Made by a program: the position numbers and the translations under genes
The notes under the pieces: model-generated
Seen by the model: the letters and a program-made list of their open reading frames with translations, nothing else
Databases searched by the model: none
What the model was told of the DNA's origin: nothing
DNA from: Verrucomicrobiota bacterium
GTDB lineage: Bacteria > Verrucomicrobiota > Verrucomicrobiia > Limisphaerales > Palsa-1400
Direction: 5' to 3'
NCBI GenBank assembly: GCA_050015895.1
Contig: JBEKAN010000001.1
Span: 1 to 42,701, forward strand
Length of the DNA stretch: 42,701 nt
Shown here: positions 34,028 to 42,691 of the stretch, in pieces
How positions within the stretch are numbered: position 1 is the first letter of the stretch
How the letters are laid out: each line of letters opens with the position of its first letter

Positions 34028-35122
34028 CTACCTCAGCAGCGCCACCGCGCACCAGAGCACCGGGGCCTGGCCGTGGGGATTCCCCTTTTGCGTCGGCCGG
34101 GTCAGGTAGAATTCGAGCCTCTTGTCCTGGCCCGTTCCGACGCACACCTTGTCCACCAAGCCGTCGGCGTCGATGTAAGTCTGCAAGCCCAGCCAGCCTT
34201 TGCGCGCCGCTTCGGCGTAAGCCGGGTCCGTCAGCCAGCCCTTCTTGACGCCCGTGATGAATGCATAAGTGAACATCGCCGTGCAGGAGGTCTCCTTGTA
34301 GGACTCCGGGTGGTCAATGAGCTGGTGCCACATCCCGTCCGTGTCCTGGTACTTGAGCAGCCCCGCCATCATCTTCTTGTAGCCTTCCATGATCCGCGCG
34401 CGCTTGGGATGGTCGGCCGGCAGCTCGCCGAGCAGTTCCGGCATTCCCGCCGCAAACCAACCGTTGCCCCGACCCCAGAAGAACGGGAAATCAACCCCGT
34501 GATAGAACAGCCCGTTGGTCTGCTGGAGCTTGTCCAGGTAGGCCGCCATCTCCATCGCCGCGCGATCCAAATATATCTTGTCCCCCGTCGCGCGGAAGGC
34601 CTGCACCTGCAACATCGTGATCATGTACATGTCGTCCACCCAAAACCGCGTCTCGTCCGTCAGCCCGTCGGCGTTGGTCTTCGCCCACTGGAAGTCGGCC
34701 AGCTTCTTGCCGAAGTCCAGGTATCTCTTGTCCTGGGTCTGCATGTAGATCTCCAGGGGCACGATGCCGAAAATGTTGTGGTCCACGTGGCGCCGGACGG
34801 ACTCGAAAGCGGTTTGTCCCTCGGGGGTCAAGACGGGATCAAAGTGTTTGATCAGCGAGGCCTTGAGTTCCTCGTCTTTGGTCAGGGCCGCGAACTTCAG
34901 GGCCGTCATCCACGTCGAGTCTTCGGCGTAATGCGCCCCGGGCCCGGACGCGAACCAGCGGGGCTGCATGTGGGTGGCCACCTTCTTGCCGATCTCCGCC
35001 GGCGATTGCCCCGCCGGCCAGTCGGTGAAGGCCTTGGGTTGCGTTGGGGTTTGCGCGAAGCACTGGCAAAGCGCCAAATTGGCCAGCGCCAGAATCATCC
35101 ATCCATACACGGTCTTCTTCAT
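34028..35122 (-). CDS. Glycoside hydrolase family 105/88-like (unsaturated rhamnogalacturonyl/glucuronyl hydrolase-like), secreted
   Basis: ATG at 35122 with a signal peptide (MKKTVYGWMILALANLALCQCFAQ). RFWVDDMYM and WGRGNGW motifs are typical of the YteR/GH105 fold. Confidence 0.85.
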   Translation of the reverse strand: MKKTVYGWMILALANLALCQCFAQTPTQPKAFTDWPAGQSPAEIGKKVATHMQPRWFASGPGAHYAEDSTWMTALKFAALTKDEELKASLIKHFDPVLTPEGQTAFESVRRHVDHNIFGIVPLEIYMQTQDKRYLDFGKKLADFQWAKTNADGLTDETRFWVDDMYMITMLQVQAFRATGDKIYLDRAAMEMAAYLDKLQQTNGLFYHGVDFPFFWGRGNGWFAAGMPELLGELPADHPKRARIMEGYKKMMAGLLKYQDTDGMWHQLIDHPESYKETSCTAMFTYAFITGVKKGWLTDPAYAEAARKGWLGLQTYIDADGLVDKVCVGTGQDKRLEFYLTRPTQKGNPHGQAPVLWCAVALLR

Positions 35123-35290
35123 GCTTGTCCTTTCGGGATTACGGAAAAAATGCTGTTCTTCTCATGCTGCCAGACCCCGCGAAGTCGTCAAGCGCCAAGT
35201 TTCTTCGTGGCGGCCAACGGGTGCGCGACAAAATTCTTCGCCGGGCGATACTTGCCCAGGGAACGTATATGTGTCGTGCCCGCGCGTTCT

Positions 35291-35316
35291 CTCTCTCCCC
35301 GCTTGCGGGGAGAGAG
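35291..35316. repeat. Perfect 10-bp stem hairpin (CTCTCTCCCC-gcttgc-GGGGAGAGAG) in the divergent promoter region
   Basis: Read directly. It is followed by the related ccggagagagggg. It looks like a short REP-like element. Confidence 0.5.
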
Positions 35317-35463
35317 CCGGAGAGAGGGGTTCCCATACCCTTCAAAGTCTAGGCATGAAGAATCTTGTCCCACACCCGACTTCCCGTCTGCCCCCACATT
35401 CTCCTTGACCTTCCCTCTCCCCGCGCGGCGTAATACCTCCAATCTTTATCCCGGAATCAGCCT

Positions 35464-37395
35464 ATGAAACACATCACAGCATTGACATCTTGGGCGCTGT
35501 TGGCGGGCGCGGTCCTCGCCTCTCCGGCGCCGGCCCGGGCGCAGGCCCAGCCCCGGGGCAGCTACAAAAACTTCCGCGTCGCCATGTACGTCTTGCGGGG
35601 CGACGTGACCCGCTGGGCCAACCCCCAGGCGCAGGCCGCCGCGTACGAGCAGATGACCAACCAGATCAAGTTCGACAAGGTCTATCTCGAATTCGCCGGC
35701 GGCCGCCAGGTCGTCAGCGAGGCGACCCTCGATCCGATCAAGAAGTTCTTCACCGACCGCGGCATTCTCGTCTCCGCCGCCATTGTGCCCAATGGCCTCT
35801 CCTACGCCAACCAGGCCGACCGCGACTGGCTCCAGAGCACCGTCGAAATGGCCGCCCGCCATTTTGACGAGGTCATCTTCGACGACTGGCTCTTCACCGC
35901 CTCCAAGACGGCGGCCGACATCGCCGCCAAGGGCGACAAAAGCTGGACCCAATACCGCCTGGACGCCCTCGACGACGCCTCCCAAAACCTGCTCATCAAA
36001 CCCGGCAAGGCCGTCAATCCCAACTTCAAGCTCATCATCAAATACCCCAATTGGTACGAGCACTACCAGGGCCTGGGCTACGACGTGGACGTGGAGCCGA
36101 AGATCTTCGACGCCGTGTACACCGGCGTCGAGACCCGCGACGCCATCGCCAGCGAGCAGCATCTCCAGTCCTACGAGAGCTACAGCCTGGTGCGCTATTT
36201 CGAGAACGCCAAGCCGGGCGGCAACGCGGGCGCCTGGGTGGACCAGGGCGACACGCGCTACATTGACCGCTACGCCGAGCAGTTTTGGGACGCCGGCTTC
36301 GCCAAGGCGCGCGAGTTGACTCTCTGGCATTGGGCCAACGCGCTGCAACCCATCAACATTGGCGCGCGCCCCTGGGAGGCGGCCCAGACCAGCCTCAACC
36401 TCCAAAAGGTCCGCGATTCCTACAAGGGGCCGGCTGTCGGCGCGGGCGCCTTGACCGGCCGCGTGGCCGGCTATGCGATGGAGCAGCTCGACACCTTCCT
36501 CGGCAAGCTCGGCAATCCCATCGGCATTCCCGGCTATCGCCCGCCCCATGCCATCGGCGAGGAATTCCTTTACGATTACCTGGGCATGATTGGCATCCCC
36601 ATTGATCTCCATCCCACCTTCCCCACCAACGGCGGCGTCTGCCTGCTCACCGAGGGCGCCAAATACGATCCGGACATTGTCAACAAAATCAAGGCCCAGT
36701 TGAGCGCGGGCAAGAACGTCGTCATCACGTCGGGCCTGCTCCGCGCCCTCAGCGGCAGGGGCATTGAGGACATCAGCGAGTTCGAGGTCACCGACCAGCG
36801 GGTCGGCGTCACCGGCTTCCAGGGCCGCGGCGGCCGGGACATCCCCGGCTCCTCGTTGGATTCGCCCATCCTCATCCGCGTCATTCATTTTCTCACCAAC
36901 CAATCCTGGGACCAGGTCAGCGGTTACGACGCCAAGTCCCCTTGGAACGCCTATCCCCTGGTCATCAGCGACGTCTATGACCGCGGCACCCTTTACGTGC
37001 TGGTGATTCCGGACAACTTCGCCGATCTCTACCGTCTGCCCGCGCCGGTCCTCAACGCCATCCGCAACCAGATCATGGGTTCCTTCCCCTGTCGCCTGAC
37101 CGACGCCCCCGCCCAGGTCAGCCTCTTCGCCTACGACAACAACGCCTTCGTCGTCCAGTCCTTCCTGCCCGCCGAGGTCACCGTGACAGTGACCGTCGCC
37201 GCCAATGCCGGACAGACCCCCGGCACGACCAGCGCAATTACAGATCTGCTCAGCGGCGACACCATTTCCCGCGCCCCCGCCCCGCCCGCGGGCGCGGGCC
37301 GTCGCGGAGGCCGTGGCGGCTCCGGCGCGCCCGGAACCAGCTATATAATCACCATTCCCCCCCACTCCTACCGCGCCTTCACCACACAGAACTGA
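35464..37395 (+). CDS. Secreted hypothetical protein, possibly a glycoside-hydrolase-like TIM-barrel protein
   Basis: ATG at 35464 with signal peptide MKHITALTSWALLAGAVLASPAPARAQA. 643 aa of ordinary composition. It is divergent from the GH105-like gene. The antisense 639-aa ORF is Gly/Ala/Asp-rich shadow. Confidence 0.75.
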   Translation: MKHITALTSWALLAGAVLASPAPARAQAQPRGSYKNFRVAMYVLRGDVTRWANPQAQAAAYEQMTNQIKFDKVYLEFAGGRQVVSEATLDPIKKFFTDRGILVSAAIVPNGLSYANQADRDWLQSTVEMAARHFDEVIFDDWLFTASKTAADIAAKGDKSWTQYRLDALDDASQNLLIKPGKAVNPNFKLIIKYPNWYEHYQGLGYDVDVEPKIFDAVYTGVETRDAIASEQHLQSYESYSLVRYFENAKPGGNAGAWVDQGDTRYIDRYAEQFWDAGFAKARELTLWHWANALQPINIGARPWEAAQTSLNLQKVRDSYKGPAVGAGALTGRVAGYAMEQLDTFLGKLGNPIGIPGYRPPHAIGEEFLYDYLGMIGIPIDLHPTFPTNGGVCLLTEGAKYDPDIVNKIKAQLSAGKNVVITSGLLRALSGRGIEDISEFEVTDQRVGVTGFQGRGGRDIPGSSLDSPILIRVIHFLTNQSWDQVSGYDAKSPWNAYPLVISDVYDRGTLYVLVIPDNFADLYRLPAPVLNAIRNQIMGSFPCRLTDAPAQVSLFAYDNNAFVVQSFLPAEVTVTVTVAANAGQTPGTTSAITDLLSGDTISRAPAPPAGAGRRGGRGGSGAPGTSYIITIPPHSYRAFTTQN

Positions 37396-37458
37396 TGAAC
37401 TGTGTTAAACGAACATATAATGCAATTCGACACTAAAAACGATTCCACCTTCTCCTAA

Positions 37459-37730
37459 TTAGTACATTGTGTGGAGGCCTGATCTTCGCGTCAGGAACTC
37501 CTGGCCTCCGGGCTGCGGGTAGGCGCGCTGGTTTTTCCGGGTGTCCGGCAAGCTCACGCCAGTGCCACCGATCACCGTGACGCGCAAACCGTGCAAGAGT
37601 TGGCCCGCCCGGTCGGCCCGCGCGGGCAGGGCGCAGCGGAGCCGGGGCAAGAGGTCCCAGGACAGACGTTGTCGGGCCTGGCGCAGGTTGCTGAAGATGA
37701 GGACGAAAACCGCCTGAAAACAAAACTGTG
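37459..37730 (-). pseudogene. Remnant of an IS4-family (DDE) transposase gene, truncated at both ends
   Basis: The minus-strand frame reads ...LLHGLRVTVIGGTGVSLPDTRKNQRAYPQPGGQE.... This resembles the IS4 N-terminal catalytic block (W.G.R..A.DGT...LPDT.EN...Y/F). The expected catalytic D of DGT is G here. There is no start codon and the downstream reading frame is lost. Confidence 0.45.
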
Positions 37731-37766
37731 CATAGCCGCCGACTTGTATTATCCTCCACCTTAGCG

Positions 37767-40700
37767 ATGACTAGCCGCACATCACCAAAACCGACGAAGA
37801 AAGCGCTTGATCTCTATGATGAGTCCGTCGCCGAGTTTCGTCAGCGAGGGGTTCAGCATGAAGGCGCTGTCCGCTCAGCGTTCCAAGTGCTCCTTGACGG
37901 TTGCGCGCGGCAATGCGGGTGGAAACTCGTTCCAGAGTATCCGGTCCTTCGGCGGGGCCGACGCCCCTTGCGCGTTGATGGCGCTCTTGTCGATCAATTT
38001 AATCTTTCACATGGCCTGTGGGAGGCTAAGGACAGTGCAGACGATCTGGAGAAAGAGATCAAAGCTAAGTTCGCCCTCGGGTACCCGCAGTGGAATATTC
38101 TTTTTCAGTCGCCCGACCGTGCCGTCCTCTATCAAAACGGCAAAAGAGTGCTCGACTCCTGCCTCGTGCATCCGCAGCAGCTCACCGACACTCTATGCGC
38201 ATTTCTGAGCTATCAAGAGCCCGCCCTCGACGAGTGGGAAAAGGCCAGCATCGAGTTTAAGGAACGCATCGCCGAGCATGGGCGGGCACTGAAGGAAATC
38301 ATCGAGGTCGAGCGCACCCAGAACAGCGCCTTCCAGATCGCCTTCACCGGGTTCGTCACCCTCTGCCACGCCTCGTTGAACCCGGCCCTCTCGGAAGCCG
38401 CTGTGGAGGAGATGCTCATCCAGCACATCCTCACCTGGCGCATATTTCGGAACATTTTCAAGGCCGGCGACTTCATGCAGAAGAACGTCATCGCTGTGGA
38501 GATCGAGAAAGTCGTTAACGCGCTGACTTCCCGCAGTTTCTCACGCGAGGATTTCCTCGAAAAGCTCGACCACTTCTACGTCGCCCTTGAGCACGCTGCG
38601 GAGACGATATCTGACTTCTCGGAAAAGCAGAAGTTCCTCAACACAGTCTATGAGCGGTTCTTTCAGGGCTTTGCCGTCACGCAGGCCGATGCGCTCGGCA
38701 TCGTCTACACGCCGCAGCCTATCGTCGATTTCATGGTCGCGAGCGTCGATTGCTTGCTCAAGAAACAATTCGAAAAGAAGAGTGGCATCGGTGCTCACGA
38801 CGTGCATGTTCTCGACGGCTTCGTCGGTACAGGAAATTTCATCGTCAACCTCATGCGAGCGCTCCCACCCTCCACGTTAAAGCACAAGTATGCCTGCGAA
38901 TTGCACTGCAACGAGGTCATGCTGCTGCCGTACTACGTCGCTTCGATGAACATCGAGCACGAGTATTTCGGCGCCACGGGGGAATACCGGCCCTTTGAGG
39001 GCATTTGCCTCGTGGACACCTTCCAAATCGCGGAGGAACACACCGGCGGCGGCGTGCAAGGGGGCTTTGAGTTCTTCTCCAAAGCCAACACCGACCGCAT
39101 CAAACGCCAGCGGGCGACACCCATCTTCGTCTGCATCGGCAACCCACCCTACAATGCGGGCCAACTCAACGAAAACGACAACAACAAGAACCGCAAATAC
39201 CCGGAACTCGATGCCCGTGTCTCCGCCACCTACGGAGGCGCGTCGCGTGCCACGCTCCTGCGTAAACTCGCCGATCCCTACGTCAAAGCCATCCGCTGGG
39301 CAACCGACCGCATCGGCGACGCTGGCATCGTGGCCTTCGTGAACAACAACAGTTACGTCGATGAAATCTCTTTTGACGGAATGCGCCAGCATCTCGCGCG
39401 CGATTTCGATCTCATCTACGTGCTCGATCTCGGCGGCAATGTGCGCAAGAACCCGAAGCTCTCCGGAACGACGCACAACGTCTTCGGCATCCAAGTTGGC
39501 GTGAGCATCAATTTCTTCATCCGTCTGCCGGGCAAGGCGAAGCAGACACCTCGGCACGCAAAGATCCTGTATCATTCGGTGGCGGGTGATTGGCGCAAAG
39601 AGCAGAAGTATGATTTGCTCGAGCGGGCCAAAACCATCGCCGACATCCAGTGGCGGGAACTAACGCCCGACGCGAAAAACACGTGGCTGACCGGCGAGGC
39701 CGACGCGGAGTTCGACGGGTTCGTTCCGATCGGGTCGAAGGAGGCGAAGGCCGATGCTACCTCGAAACAGCCAGTGATTTTCCAAAGCTACTCACTTGGC
39801 GTTTCGACTAACCGTGACAGCATCGTCTATGATTTCGATCGTGACCGACTCGCCCATCGGGTGGAGGGGTTCTGCAATGACTACAACGCCGAACTGCTTA
39901 GGTGGATAAACGAAGGTTCTCCGAAGGAGTTAGATTCGTTCCTTAGCACCGACCGCATTAAATGGAGCCGAGATCTTAAGCTCAAGTTAAGTCGCCGGAC
40001 CGAGGCTGCATTCTCAGCCACTCAAATCCGGCAGGCCCTTTACCGACCTTTCACGATCAAGTGGCTGTACTGCGACCCAGTTGTCGTCGATCGCATCGGT
40101 CCAGCGCAGGCATTCTTCCCCGCGGACGACAACCTCGCGATCTGTCTGCCAGGGCCCGGAAACCGACAGCAGTTTGGCTGTGTTGTTACGAGGCTGTTAC
40201 CATCCCTGGATCTGGCATTTGAAAAATGCCAGTGCTTCCCTTTCTACGCCCATGACGAAGGCGGTAGGAACAGAGAAGAGAACATCCCGCGTGCAACGCT
40301 GGTGCGTTTCCAAAGCCACTACGGCGACGAACGCATCACCAAATGGGACATCTTCCATTACGTCTATGCATTGTTGCACCATCCCGACTATCGCAAGCGT
40401 TTCGGCGCGAATCTTAAGCGCGAACTGCCGCGCCTCCCGCTGGCGCCTCGGTTCCACGCTTTTGCCAAGGCGGGCAAGGAGCTGGCCGACCTGCACCTCG
40501 GCTACGAAGGTGCCGCCGAGTATCCGCTCCAGCGCATCGAGCACCGTGGCGTTCCCTTTAGGCTGCGGGTCGAGAAGATGAAGCTGACACCCGACAAGCG
40601 TGACCTAATTTACAACGAATCGCTTACGCTCGCCGGCATTCCGCCGGCGGCCTTCGACTACAAGCTCGGCAACCGCTCGGCGCTGGAATGGATCATCGAC

Positions 40701-40979
40701 CAATATCAGGTCTCCGCCGACCCGCGCAGCGGCATCCAGAGCGATCCAAATCGGCCGGATGATGAAGGCTACATCGTCCGCCTTATCGGTCAGGTCGTCA
40801 CCGTAAGCCTTGAGAGCCTCAAGATTATCCATGGTCTGCCGACAGATTTCGGCGCGGAAGGGGAGGAAACAACGCATGACAATCAACTCCAAACATGGCG
40901 CCTGAATCAGCGCTTACCGAACTCAGAATTCGCGCGGCAGCAGCGGGAGCAGCTCCGGAAGCAGGTCGAATCTCGCTAG
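37767..40979 (+). CDS. Single-polypeptide restriction-modification enzyme (Type IIG / Type ISP-like without helicase): PD-(D/E)XK nuclease-like N-terminus + gamma-class N6-adenine methyltransferase + C-terminal target-recognition region
   Basis: ATG at 37767 (MTSRTSPK); another ATG 13 codons upstream, at 37728, is also possible. VDG-X14-WEAKD lies at nt 37977-38030. AdoMet motif I is VLDGFVGTGNF. The catalytic motif GNPPYN is at 39141-39152. The C-terminal FHYVYALLHHPDYRKRFGANLKRELPRLPL resembles the Type ISP/IIG C-terminal domain. Confidence 0.85.
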   Translation: MTSRTSPKPTKKALDLYDESVAEFRQRGVQHEGAVRSAFQVLLDGCARQCGWKLVPEYPVLRRGRRPLRVDGALVDQFNLSHGLWEAKDSADDLEKEIKAKFALGYPQWNILFQSPDRAVLYQNGKRVLDSCLVHPQQLTDTLCAFLSYQEPALDEWEKASIEFKERIAEHGRALKEIIEVERTQNSAFQIAFTGFVTLCHASLNPALSEAAVEEMLIQHILTWRIFRNIFKAGDFMQKNVIAVEIEKVVNALTSRSFSREDFLEKLDHFYVALEHAAETISDFSEKQKFLNTVYERFFQGFAVTQADALGIVYTPQPIVDFMVASVDCLLKKQFEKKSGIGAHDVHVLDGFVGTGNFIVNLMRALPPSTLKHKYACELHCNEVMLLPYYVASMNIEHEYFGATGEYRPFEGICLVDTFQIAEEHTGGGVQGGFEFFSKANTDRIKRQRATPIFVCIGNPPYNAGQLNENDNNKNRKYPELDARVSATYGGASRATLLRKLADPYVKAIRWATDRIGDAGIVAFVNNNSYVDEISFDGMRQHLARDFDLIYVLDLGGNVRKNPKLSGTTHNVFGIQVGVSINFFIRLPGKAKQTPRHAKILYHSVAGDWRKEQKYDLLERAKTIADIQWRELTPDAKNTWLTGEADAEFDGFVPIGSKEAKADATSKQPVIFQSYSLGVSTNRDSIVYDFDRDRLAHRVEGFCNDYNAELLRWINEGSPKELDSFLSTDRIKWSRDLKLKLSRRTEAAFSATQIRQALYRPFTIKWLYCDPVVVDRIGPAQAFFPADDNLAICLPGPGNRQQFGCVVTRLLPSLDLAFEKCQCFPFYAHDEGGRNREENIPRATLVRFQSHYGDERITKWDIFHYVYALLHHPDYRKRFGANLKRELPRLPLAPRFHAFAKAGKELADLHLGYEGAAEYPLQRIEHRGVPFRLRVEKMKLTPDKRDLIYNESLTLAGIPPAAFDYKLGNRSALEWIIDQYQVSADPRSGIQSDPNRPDDEGYIVRLIGQVVTVSLESLKIIHGLPTDFGAEGEETTHDNQLQTWRLNQRLPNSEFARQQREQLRKQVESR

Positions 40980-41641
40980 CAGAGCGACTCGCGCTGGAAC
41001 GGGATGTCCTCGTAGCATGGGCGCGAGAGAAAAACGTCGTGATCGCGGCGGAATCCTGCCTGAGCCGCGTCGAGGGAACCCACGGTGAACATCACGTCTA
41101 TTTCAATATCGAGCGGGACAGGTATTTCAAAATCACTCACGGAGCAGACACAGCTAACGCTGGTTTTGCGCTTACGGTAGATACCGAGTTTCGCATCGGA
41201 AAAAAAACGCAACGCTATATCGCTGTTCCTTGGCTGCGAGAAGCAACGCCTTTTGAATACCTGGCGCGTCTGCAACTGTTCAATTTGACATTCCGGGATG
41301 ACGTTGAAATTGAAGGCGTCATTGTCGAGCCCGGGAGGCAAGCGATTGTCGTCTCGCAGCGGTTCATTTCAGGCGGCGCGGCAACCGCTGCCAAAGTAGC
41401 TGCGTTCATGTTTCAGCGTGGTTTCGTCGCCCTCCCCGGTGTAACTGTCGGGCGAGGAAACTCCGCGTCCTATGTGCATCCGGAAGAGGCGATCGCCGTT
41501 TTTGATACTCACGGGCAAAACTTCCTGGTTTCTGGGGAGGGGATTATCCCGATCGATGCGCTGATCCTGCGCGCAAGCGAAGATCTGCTCGCCTATCTAG
41601 CGATGTCTCCCGCTGAACGAGCGGCGGAGACAGGATGTTAG
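40895..41641 (+). CDS. Hypothetical protein with a protein-kinase-like catalytic signature (DxHxxN ... ID)
   Basis: The only ATG in frame is at 40895, 85 nt inside the upstream gene. 248 aa of protein-like composition. Motifs are GEHHVYF...YFKITH (candidate N-lobe Lys), FDTHGQN (41504-41521) and IPID (41552-41557). Family assignment is unverified. Confidence 0.6.
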   Translation: MAPESALTELRIRAAAAGAAPEAGRISLAERLALERDVLVAWAREKNVVIAAESCLSRVEGTHGEHHVYFNIERDRYFKITHGADTANAGFALTVDTEFRIGKKTQRYIAVPWLREATPFEYLARLQLFNLTFRDDVEIEGVIVEPGRQAIVVSQRFISGGAATAAKVAAFMFQRGFVALPGVTVGRGNSASYVHPEEAIAVFDTHGQNFLVSGEGIIPIDALILRASEDLLAYLAMSPAERAAETGC

Positions 41642-42012
41642 GGTCATGTTAGGGTCAGGCCTAGGATCTTGGTGTCCGTTCATCTGGTCCTCCTCGCGCT
41701 CTTGTCCAAAAACTCCCGTTTGACATGGTTTGTTGATATTGGCGCAAGCGGGCGCGTCTCATGGTCCGAGGCCCCCGGCTGGCGTCGGTGGAGAAATCCA
41801 AGCAAACTCCTCGCGCAAAGTTCTCAAAACCCCAGCCCGACAGGCAACAGGCCGTCTCGCATTTTGTTCTCATATCAATTCCCGGCCCAGTCTCAAAAAC
41901 TCCTCCGCAACCGCGCAATGAACAACTGGGACATGGTTTTTATCCTCCAATTCGCCGAGGATTGCAACACTATTTTTCCAGAATCAACAGTCCTGAGGTT
42001 TGTGTCCTGAGG

Positions 42013-42104
42013 TTGCGACCTGGGGCCATTCGTGTTCATTGGCGAAATTCGCGGATCACCCATCCATTGCTGTTTCTGTGGGTCTTCATCGGAAGCGCTT
42101 CATT
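42013..42104. repeat. Copy A of a 92-bp dispersed/direct repeat
   Basis: It aligns by eye to 42337-42428 with about 10 mismatches. The shared core is attggcgaaattcgcggatcacccatccattgc.gtttctgtgggt.ttcatcggaag.gcttcatt. Confidence 0.85.
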
Positions 42105-42336
42105 ATCAAGGAGTTGTGAATCCGTGAACCGGCTTTCAGTCTTCCAATTTGAAGCCGGGGTCGAGCCGCTGTCGGTCCTCGCTATTGACACTTTTTGAAA
42201 ACGTCCTCGCTTTATCTGTGTTCATCTGAGTCAATCTGTGGCCGAAGCAGTCAGCGTGAATTCAGAAATCCGGGGGCCGCTTTTGCGACTTTGCGCTTCC
42301 CGCGACTTTGCGATTATTCAGTCGCCGTGACCGCCT

Positions 42337-42428
42337 TTGCGACCCGGATCAATTCGTGTGAATTGGCGAAATTCGCGGATCACCCATCCATTGCCGTTTC
42401 TGTGGGTTTTCATCGGAAGTGCTTCATT
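42337..42428. repeat. Copy B of the 92-bp repeat (324 bp downstream of copy A)
   Basis: See copy A. Both copies are preceded by TTGCGAC motifs and followed about 210 nt later by a ...CATC(C)TG..AATCTGTGG motif. Confidence 0.85.
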
Positions 42429-42662
42429 CTTAGTGAGTTACAGCATCAGGAGGTGGTTTTGCGCGTCTTGCTCCTTTCGCCCTGCCCGCGTCTGCGAGAA
42501 AAAGTCCCTCTGTCCGCCCCCTTTGAGTTCCGCGGCAATCCGTGTCATCCTGCAATCTGTGGTTAAAAGCTTGGATAGCCCTGAATATGGGCGTCCAATC
42601 AAATCATAAGCTTCTCAATCATAATGCTTATCTTTCCAACCTCCTTGCGGAATTTCTTTCCC

Positions 42663-42691
42663 AATTCCCTATTCCCTATTCACAATTCCCT
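42663..42691. repeat. Short AT-rich tandem heptamer repeats (ATTCCCT-like) at the window edge
   Basis: Read directly: aattccct attccct attcac aattccct. The array may continue beyond the window. Confidence 0.5.

Noticed and set aside
35446-37365. 639-aa minus-strand ORF opposite the 643-aa secreted protein
   Set aside because: It is low-complexity G/A/V/D-rich sequence with no signal peptide or motifs. The + strand ORF has a clean signal peptide and balanced composition.
41661-42566. ORFs in the terminal region (41669-42010, 41761-42198, 42195-42566, 41661-41918). I also looked here for an integrase fragment or tRNA/att site
   Set aside because: The ORFs are translations of the repeat motifs (IRV.WRNSRITHP, FATLRFPRLC) with no protein-like body. 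I found no tRNA-like cloverleaf or recombinase motif.
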